A stretch of 64,000 bases of DNA from NCBI GenBank assembly GCA_038841535.1, contig JAWBTQ010000004.1, positions 32,001 to 96,000 on the forward strand, in the 5' to 3' direction. Positions 57,507 through 64,000 of the stretch are shown in pieces (positions within the stretch are counted from its first letter, which is position 1; the number at the start of each line of letters is the position of its first letter). Source of the stretch: Sulfolobales archaeon (GTDB taxonomy: Archaea > Thermoproteota > Thermoprotei_A > Sulfolobales > NBVN01). The notes beneath the pieces were generated by a model. It did no database searches. It was not told the DNA's origin and saw nothing but the letters and a program-made list of their open reading frames with translations. The position numbers were made by a program, and so were the translations under genes.

Positions 57507-58238
57507 CTAGGCAGTTCTTCTAAGACTGTTTAAGAAGTTTACACCTCCTCTAAAGTCTAACGGGGAAGACACTAAGAATCCGTCAACTAAGTGAGAGTTA
57601 TTTAAAGCAACTTCAAGTGCCTTCTCTGCTAGCAATACCCTCTCTCTACCTAGTAAATTAGCTAAAGCTCCATAGCTGTTCTCAGTGGCCACGATAAGGT
57701 AAGGATATATTTTAACGTTAGCACTCCTTGCCACCCTGGAGACTCTCTCCAGCTTCTCGAAGGTTTTCTCACTAAGGTTTAGTATAAGGTAAAAGTCTGC
57801 GCTAGAGCCCATTCTCTTAAGGATCTCGGTTAGGTCTTTCCTCAAGCTTATAGTAAGACCTGGGCTTATGTTAAGGCTTAGCTGCTTGACTAAACTTACT
57901 GCGTTCTCCGGCTCTAAGTCTCTAACAACACTAGAGTTCTGCACTACATCACCTCTAACGTAGACTACACGCTCAACTCCACAAAGCTCTAGGCTTTTCG
58001 TCGCTGACGTTAGGGCCACGCGGCTTAAGTCTATAGTTCTGATATGGGCGATGACCCTAACTTCCTCTACCGACTTAACAAGGCAACTAACTAGAGGAGA
58101 AAATTGAGAAGTAGAACCCATAGGAGAGTCTGGGACATCTATCCAATCGACTATCTCCTTAAGAACATTCAGTCTAGCACGTAGCTCCTCCCTCTTTTTA
58201 ACGGGCGCGAGCTCATAGAGTAGCTCCAAGTAAGTCAC
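57507..58238 (-). CDS. Methylenetetrahydrofolate reductase-like protein
   Basis: WIDVPDSPMG, IAHIRTID, RGD; downstream of split metE. Confidence 0.65.
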   Translation of the reverse strand: MTYLELLYELAPVKKREELRARLNVLKEIVDWIDVPDSPMGSTSQFSPLVSCLVKSVEEVRVIAHIRTIDLSRVALTSATKSLELCGVERVVYVRGDVVQNSSVVRDLEPENAVSLVKQLSLNISPGLTISLRKDLTEILKRMGSSADFYLILNLSEKTFEKLERVSRVARSANVKIYPYLIVATENSYGALANLLGRERVLLAEKALEVALNNSHLVDGFLVSSPLDFRGGVNFLNSLRRTA

Positions 58239-58325
58239 CTGAGGCTATTGATCTTGGTTTATTAAACATTTTATAAGGTAACGGTGGTCAGTTTACACAA
58301 CTCTCTCTGAGCTTTCCTACGTTAA

Positions 58326-59330
58326 CTACCATTCTTCTCTAGCCAATCGAGCCGCTTCTGCTATATTTTTGAGTTTAGCTTTAGCGATTTCCCTGGGCAA
58401 CCTCTTAAGACCGCAGTCTGGGTCGAGATATACTTTTTCCGGTCCTATGAAGCCCTCCTTCATTAGCTTATCGATCGCTTCCTTAATCTCTTTAACACTC
58501 TCTACTTGAAAGCTGTGCACATCAACGACACCGTAGCCTAGCTCCTTGCTGTAGCCTAGTTCTTTAAGATGCGGTAGCAACCTAAAGTTGCTGTTCTTCA
58601 TTTCTAGGTCGAACTGATCAACAGAGTAATCTAAGATAAATGGAAGGATTTTCTCTAACCTTCCGTAGCATACGTGAATAATTCTCTTAGCGTTAACGCC
58701 CCTAAATACCGCATCAATAGCTTCTTTGAGCATGTCAGCTTCTTCCTTGAAGGGTTTTGTAGATAGAGCTGGTTCATCTAACTGTACGTAAACTACTCCT
58801 CTTTTGACTAGTTCTTCAACTTCCCTCCTAATAGCTTTAGCTATGTCCATCACAAGCTCTTTTCGATCTCTGTAGTGTAGATCAAAGCTCCACTCAAGCA
58901 TCGTGTACGGACCTGTTAGCGTCGCCTTCACAGGTCTTCCATCACTCACACTAGAGGCGTAGCTCCATAGGTCTACGGTTACAGGCCCCACCCACTCCAC
59001 TTTCCCTATCACGATAGGCTTCTTAAAGTACTCATTATCGAACACTCTAACCCACCCACCGGAGCTAAAGCCCTTAAACCTCTCCGCAAAGTACACGACC
59101 ATGTCGTCTCGAGCTTGCTCACCGTCACTCACGATATCGATGCCTGCCCACAAATGGTCTGCCACTACTTCCCTTATCGGCGGCTTCACCATCTCTTTGA
59201 ACTCCTCCTCTGTTATCCGCCCAGACTTCCTCATCTTGATAGCGTTTTCTGCTTGCTCTGTCTTTGGGTAGCTACCTACGACTGTTGTAGGAAACTTTTT
59301 TGGTACTTCGTACCGAGTCACGAACCCCAC
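58326..59330 (-). CDS. metE: Cobalamin-independent methionine synthase, catalytic half of split MetE
   Basis: [30 protein letters not shown] (Zn), DPDCGLK. Confidence 0.9.
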   Translation of the reverse strand: MGFVTRYEVPKKFPTTVVGSYPKTEQAENAIKMRKSGRITEEEFKEMVKPPIREVVADHLWAGIDIVSDGEQARDDMVVYFAERFKGFSSGGWVRVFDNEYFKKPIVIGKVEWVGPVTVDLWSYASSVSDGRPVKATLTGPYTMLEWSFDLHYRDRKELVMDIAKAIRREVEELVKRGVVYVQLDEPALSTKPFKEEADMLKEAIDAVFRGVNAKRIIHVCYGRLEKILPFILDYSVDQFDLEMKNSNFRLLPHLKELGYSKELGYGVVDVHSFQVESVKEIKEAIDKLMKEGFIGPEKVYLDPDCGLKRLPREIAKAKLKNIAEAARLAREEW

Positions 59331-60340
59331 CCCGAAGTCTCTGTGTACCCCAGCTTCGATAAAAGCTTGTTCGCTAAGATCCTCAAGTTCCTTAGTTTAG
59401 AGATACTATACTCGTAAGGTATGAGGTCTAGCCACGTAGTCGTTGTGATACCTACTTCGCTACCGTCGTAATTCCTTAGGATTTCGGTAGCTATCTCCAC
59501 CAGGGTGTCGAGAGGGTCATCGTAGATCGTTCTAGCGTTTACTAGTCCGAGAACGGCGCAGTGAGAGCCAAAGCCTTTAGCCTTTACGAGTTTTAGTGAG
59601 CTACTTGGTGAGTCTCCTATATCAACGGAAACACACGTAACTTTAGATTCTAAGACTTTATCGTATACTCTTGGTTGAGGTGTGCCGTAGTATAGAGCGA
59701 GGACCGTTTTAGACGAGCCAGCTGACCTAGCTATTCTACTCACTAACTCGGCTGCTAATACCCCGGCATCGGGAGAAATATCGGGGTCGCTGAGGAGTGG
59801 TTCATCCACCTGAACCATGGACGCTCCTGCCTCTACGGCTAGCCTAACTTCGCTAACTAAGAGGTCAGCTATACTGGAAGCAAGTTCTTCTTGGTTAATA
59901 CCGGCACTATTTTTCGACATATATGCGAACGTTACTGGTCCAGGTATTACCACCTTAATTTCCGCAGGCTCCGTGAAAGCTATATACCTTCGGACCCGGG
60001 GAGCCCAAACGTAAGAAGAAGCTTCAGGTTTTCCGGTAAAGAGCGGAATTCTATAGAAGAAGTTATTATCGAAATACCTCAGGAGGTTTGTGGGAGTAAC
60101 ATTACGCCAAGCGGAAACGAACGGCCTAAAGAGATCGTGCCAGTCTAATAGCCCATCAGTTACATACCTCATGCCAGCCGAGATCTGAACTCCGAGTACA
60201 ACTAGGGATGAACTAACCAAGACTTTCTCTAATTCCTCGTAGCTGATTAGACCCTTCTCGTAGTCTCTGAGGGTCTTCCTTAAAACCTTATTTCTAGGGA
60301 AGCCGCCTAGAGGTGAGCACCACACCTCTATAGTAACCAC
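59318..60340 (-). CDS. Split MetE, N-terminal folate-binding half
   Basis: [32 protein letters not shown]; lacks Zn ligands. Confidence 0.82.
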   Translation of the reverse strand: MVTIEVWCSPLGGFPRNKVLRKTLRDYEKGLISYEELEKVLVSSSLVVLGVQISAGMRYVTDGLLDWHDLFRPFVSAWRNVTPTNLLRYFDNNFFYRIPLFTGKPEASSYVWAPRVRRYIAFTEPAEIKVVIPGPVTFAYMSKNSAGINQEELASSIADLLVSEVRLAVEAGASMVQVDEPLLSDPDISPDAGVLAAELVSRIARSAGSSKTVLALYYGTPQPRVYDKVLESKVTCVSVDIGDSPSSSLKLVKAKGFGSHCAVLGLVNARTIYDDPLDTLVEIATEILRNYDGSEVGITTTTWLDLIPYEYSISKLRNLRILANKLLSKLGYTETSGWGS

Positions 60341-60513
60341 CCCGATCTTACCTGGTTAATTAAGCGCGTTTAGACGCTAAAAGCTTTATGGTTTACGACT
60401 GAAGGTTTCATCCCTAAAAGCAGAGAAAGCTGTTAATGCATGTTATCGTTAGATGAGTGCTAAGCTTTAAGAAGTTTTTGAAAATAATTCTCTAGGTTAA
60501 AGGAGATATCGCT

Positions 60514-61086
60514 TTACCAGAATCCTACGAACCCGAGGATGAGGCCTATGACAGCGAATAACCCCACCACAACGAGAGGCTCTACTCGGAATACTTCAAT
60601 GAGGATTAGCGAGGTAGATGTCAATAAGATAGTAACTATTGTTTGAGTATGTGATAGTCCTCTAAAGGTTCCTCTTGCTAGAGTAAGTACCGCAACTAAA
60701 ATAAGGCTGAGCGCAGCAATTCTAACTCCTTTAAGCAGATTTTTAACTAGAGGATGCTGATAATAGTGATGTAGTACTGTAATAACTGTGAGTGCGATTA
60801 AGAAAGTTGGAATGACTACAGCTATTATCGCTACTAGAGACCCAATTAACCCAGCAACTCTATATCCAACGAAAGTTGCCATCTTGACAGTTATGGGACC
60901 TGGGATGCCTTCTGTTAGTGCTACTAAGTCTATGAACTCTGCTTCCACAAGCAGTTTTCTGTTCTCCACAAGCTCGTATTTCAAGGTTGGAATAACTACG
61001 TGACCACCTCCGAACATGATAAGCCCAGCTTTAAGGAAGGCGATAAAAAGGTCTAGTATGTCTTTAGGTAGGTGTTCCACTGTCAC
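60514..61086 (-). CDS. chrA: Short-chain chromate transporter (CHR family)
   Basis: FLKAG..MFGGG, EF.D.VAL...IPGP, GYRVAG. Confidence 0.88.
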   Translation of the reverse strand: MTVEHLPKDILDLFIAFLKAGLIMFGGGHVVIPTLKYELVENRKLLVEAEFIDLVALTEGIPGPITVKMATFVGYRVAGLIGSLVAIIAVVIPTFLIALTVITVLHHYYQHPLVKNLLKGVRIAALSLILVAVLTLARGTFRGLSHTQTIVTILLTSTSLILIEVFRVEPLVVVGLFAVIGLILGFVGFW

Positions 61087-61572
61087 ACCGACACCTTAAT
61101 GAGATCTCGTTTATTAAAGTTAGTGATTCTAGGTGGGATTTCCAATAAGCTTATCTAAGCAAGCAGATAACGGGAAGTTCCGCAGACACCCACACCTAAA
61201 CCGTATAAGGCTCAGGTTTCCAAGGTTTTAACGCCTTCATTGCGGTTATGATCTCATTTCACGTAATTGCTTTACTCTAGTTCTCTTGCTGTTTCAGTAA
61301 GTTATGTCGATATCCTGATGGGACTGTGTACTTACGGTGGTTTCAAACTCAAGAGACTTGAAGCTAGCTGTGAGGAGGATTCGGGTAAACCGCGGAGAAC
61401 ATCCATATGGTGACATTGATTAACCTATGACGTAGACAGTTTCAGTATTCAGCTAGGTCGCTGTGTTGTGGTGTCAGTAGAGCAAGGCGGGAACAAGTGC
61501 TTTAACTGAATAGACTGCACGAGCGACTAATTCGGGTTATTACTTAAAAGTACTCACTTCCTTAGGTCTTCA

Positions 61573-62064
61573 ATGGTGCCAGTACTGATAGGTAGAAGTA
61601 GGCTGACGAGGATTTTGTACGACATGAAGATGTTGAGGCGTAGACTAGAGCTACTAGAAGTAAGGTTAGAGAGAAGTTTAGAAAACATGAAGAGTAAAGC
61701 GGCTGAAAACGGTATAATTAGGTCGTATAGTAACGCCATAAGACAAATCAGGTTTGTTGTATACGCCTTAGAGGTCCTCGAGGTTAAACTAGAGAGCATT
61801 CTCGCATTAAACGCTATGACTCAGGACCTAGTAGTAGTCAGGGAGGTTCTCAAAGAGTTAAGTAAAAGGGTTAGAAGCTTACCGGAAGTGTCAGCTATCT
61901 TAGATGACATAGGTGATGGCATAGGTGACGTCATGGCTGAAATACCAGTATACATAGATCAGCAGGCAATAACAGTACGTCGAGAAGCCGCTAAGAAGAT
62001 CCTCGAGGAGGCAGAGAGATTTATTGAGGCAGATAATAGTAAAGCCTCCCAAATCGCTAGCTAG
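61573..62064 (+). CDS. ESCRT-III/CdvB-like coiled-coil protein
   Basis: Y.NAIRQIR...ALE.L..KLES...PEVS..L...EAAKKILEEA pattern of CdvB paralogs. Confidence 0.62.
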   Translation: MVPVLIGRSRLTRILYDMKMLRRRLELLEVRLERSLENMKSKAAENGIIRSYSNAIRQIRFVVYALEVLEVKLESILALNAMTQDLVVVREVLKELSKRVRSLPEVSAILDDIGDGIGDVMAEIPVYIDQQAITVRREAAKKILEEAERFIEADNSKASQIAS

Positions 62065-62258
62065 CCCCTTTCCCACGCAACAAGCATAGTCAGCCTCCAA
62101 GCCCCAGAAAGGATTTCTTGAAGAGCGTTATGACCCGATCTATTACGGTATACAGTATTAAGTGGGAATCTCTCTAGTACGTGATTAATTCTGTATAGGA
62201 GTCAAAAGAGCTTTATAAAAGCATTACCCTAGAGGAGAAACACTTATACCTTATTGTT

Positions 62259-62933
62259 CTACGTCGTCTTGATGACGAATACGTCGTTCTTTTTCTCCAG
62301 TATTCCTAACTCTACGAGTGTGTTTAGCGCTAACTTAAAGTACGCATCACCTACAAATATACCGTAGCTTTCTTCGAACTCTGTCTTGATCTCGTTGTAG
62401 GACCACTCCTTCTTTATCTCCTTTTTCTCTAGTAGGATTCTTTTAATGAACTGCGTGGTGTCTTCATGTCTAGTCCATGGGTATTGGAACCAGATCCACT
62501 CCTTCACTTCAATGTAGTAGAAGTCTGGCTTAATTTTAGCTACTGGGGATATCCACTGAAGAGCCGCTATCTTCAGATCTCTAGGGTTCCACTCGGAAGC
62601 TATAAAGTCTTTTGCGAGTATCAGAGTATCTCCCGTATCAACTATGTCGTCAACTAGAAGAGCTCTTAGACCACTCAGGTCCACTTTGTAAGGAAACTTT
62701 ATTAGAGCTTTTTCAGCTACTTTAGCGGCTTCAGTCCAGTGCTGGCTTTGTAACGATATCAGGTTATCTACTAACAGAAAGTCGCAAATCAGGCGAGCGG
62801 GAACGTAGCCTCCTCTAGATACGGCAACTACTACATCAGGTTTAAACCCGCTCCTCTTTATGGTTTCTGCAAGCCCCATGCTCCACTCGACTATCTCGTC
62901 CCAGGTAACTAGTTTCGTTGGTACTCTTACCAC
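62259..62933 (-). CDS. Purine phosphoribosyltransferase (type I PRTase)
   Basis: VSRGGYVPAR, LLVDDIVDTGDT, WFQYPW. Confidence 0.9.
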   Translation of the reverse strand: MVRVPTKLVTWDEIVEWSMGLAETIKRSGFKPDVVVAVSRGGYVPARLICDFLLVDNLISLQSQHWTEAAKVAEKALIKFPYKVDLSGLRALLVDDIVDTGDTLILAKDFIASEWNPRDLKIAALQWISPVAKIKPDFYYIEVKEWIWFQYPWTRHEDTTQFIKRILLEKKEIKKEWSYNEIKTEFEESYGIFVGDAYFKLALNTLVELGILEKKNDVFVIKTT

Positions 62934-63102
62934 AGATAACCACCAAAATAGTGAATAGAGTCGTAAACATATTTAAAGATAGCTACTAGTGTGATTAGAC
63001 GTCTAAATGAGTTATGATACGTGAATCAAGTCGCTAATGCGTGAATAAGGGTTCTTCACAGCATATATCTTTTTGGTAGGCTACAGAGTTTGGGGATGAA
63101 TT

Positions 63103-64000
63103 ATCAGCGGAAGCGAAGTAGAGTTACGAGTAGAGAGCGTGGGACCTCGCGACGTAGGCAGAAAGATCGCTAGAGTCCCTAGGAAGTATATGGAAGTTTT
63201 GGGAGTCGGCTATGGGGATTTCGTCGAAGTCGAGGGTCCTAGGTCTTCAGTAATACTTCAAGTAAGACCTGCGTATCCGGAGGATGAAGGATCGAATGTC
63301 GTTAGGATAGATGGTTATACTCGAGAGGCTATAGGTGTGTCTATAGGGGATTACGTTACTGTCAGGAGAGTTAGGGTAGTCAAAGGGCAGAGAGTCATAA
63401 TAGCCCCAATAGACTTTAGGTTAGAAGCTCCGGAGCAGTTTGCTAGCTTCGTTAAAGAGAGGCTCTTAAACAAAGCAGTTAAAAAAGGTGAGATAATATT
63501 CGTAAGTCTTCCCTACTATGCTGAACCCTTTAGGTTCGTTGTTAAATCATGCGACCCGGCACAGGTAGTATTCATAGACTACGACACGAGGCTGGATGTC
63601 AGCCCAGAACCAGTAACGATCGAGGCTCTTGAGAGGTTGAGAGGTGTTCCAAGAGTAACTTGGGAGGATATCGGGGATCTAGAGGAAGTAAAGGAGAGAA
63701 TTCGCGAGATGGTAGAACTCCCATTAAAACACCCGGAGTTCTTCAAGCACCTGGGCATAGAGCCTCCCAAAGGTGTGCTGCTGTACGGTCCCCCTGGCGT
63801 TGGGAAGACTCTCCTCGCTAAAGCCTTAGCTAACGAAATAGGTGCTTACTTTATAGCGATAAACGGCCCCGAGATTATGAGTAAGTACTATGGAGAGTCC
63901 GAGGCGAGACTCAGGGAGATATTTGATGAGGCTCAAAAGAACGCACCTGCGATAATATTTATAGACGAGATCGATGCGATAGCACCTAAGCGAGAGGAGG
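63103..64000 (+). CDS. cdc48: CDC48/VCP AAA+ ATPase (3' end outside window)
   Basis: Manual translation: SGSEVELRV...RDVGRKIAR...VTWEDIGDL...[16 protein letters not shown]...[15 protein letters not shown]; start codon uncertain. Confidence 0.93.
   Translation, partial: MSGSEVELRVESVGPRDVGRKIARVPRKYMEVLGVGYGDFVEVEGPRSSVILQVRPAYPEDEGSNVVRIDGYTREAIGVSIGDYVTVRRVRVVKGQRVIIAPIDFRLEAPEQFASFVKERLLNKAVKKGEIIFVSLPYYAEPFRFVVKSCDPAQVVFIDYDTRLDVSPEPVTIEALERLRGVPRVTWEDIGDLEEVKERIREMVELPLKHPEFFKHLGIEPPKGVLLYGPPGVGKTLLAKALANEIGAYFIAINGPEIMSKYYGESEARLREIFDEAQKNAPAIIFIDEIDAIAPKREE

Noticed and set aside
60514-61086. Unpaired short-chain chromate transporter as a novelty
   Set aside because: The partner may be elsewhere or it may homodimerise; no further support in the window.
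61376-61392. AGGATTCGGGTAAACCG resembling part of element C
   Set aside because: Needs a 7-nt gap and lacks the conserved right end; too short to call a fourth copy.
835-63770. Many short ORFs antisense to or nested in well-supported genes (e.g. 835-1089, 13771-14202, 19300-19758, 49725-50183)
   Set aside because: Shadow ORFs with no motifs, fully overlapping confident CDSs.
1-64000. CRISPR array, cas genes, rRNA, provirus or integrase
   Set aside because: No regularly spaced direct repeats or recognisable cas, rRNA, integrase or viral genes seen by eye.

Overview
Archaeal DNA from a hyperthermophilic Thermoproteota (crenarchaeote, Desulfurococcales-like by gene content; the taxon is an inference). 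It is mostly housekeeping and metabolic genes: partial orc1/cdc6 and cdc48 at the window ends, thrS, pcc1, rnp4, upp, split metE, gyaR, moaB and an intron-containing tRNA-Glu(CTC). Notable loci: (1) a ~10.6 kb double hydrogenase island, with a group 3b sulfhydrogenase operon plus a HydABC-type [NiFe] complex in which the NiFe small subunit and an [FeFe]-hydrogenase HydA-like protein appear reciprocally domain-swapped and the H-cluster site is degenerate, preceded by a Cys-tailed AbrB/PhoU-like regulator; (2) three related intergenic non-coding elements that look like internally deleted IS200/IS605 (tnpB) derivatives retaining the 3' omega-RNA-like scaffold, with a co-varying long-range stem; (3) cedA1-cedA DNA-import genes near an Orc1-2-like gene, with no cedB in the window; (4) a five-gene CstA-ArsA/GET3-like ATPase operon; (5) a molybdenum hydroxylase cluster. 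Also two C/D-box sRNA candidates, a transporter pseudogene and an unannotated 19-aa ORF. No CRISPR array or rRNA seen. All family calls are from motif recognition by eye; no searches were run.
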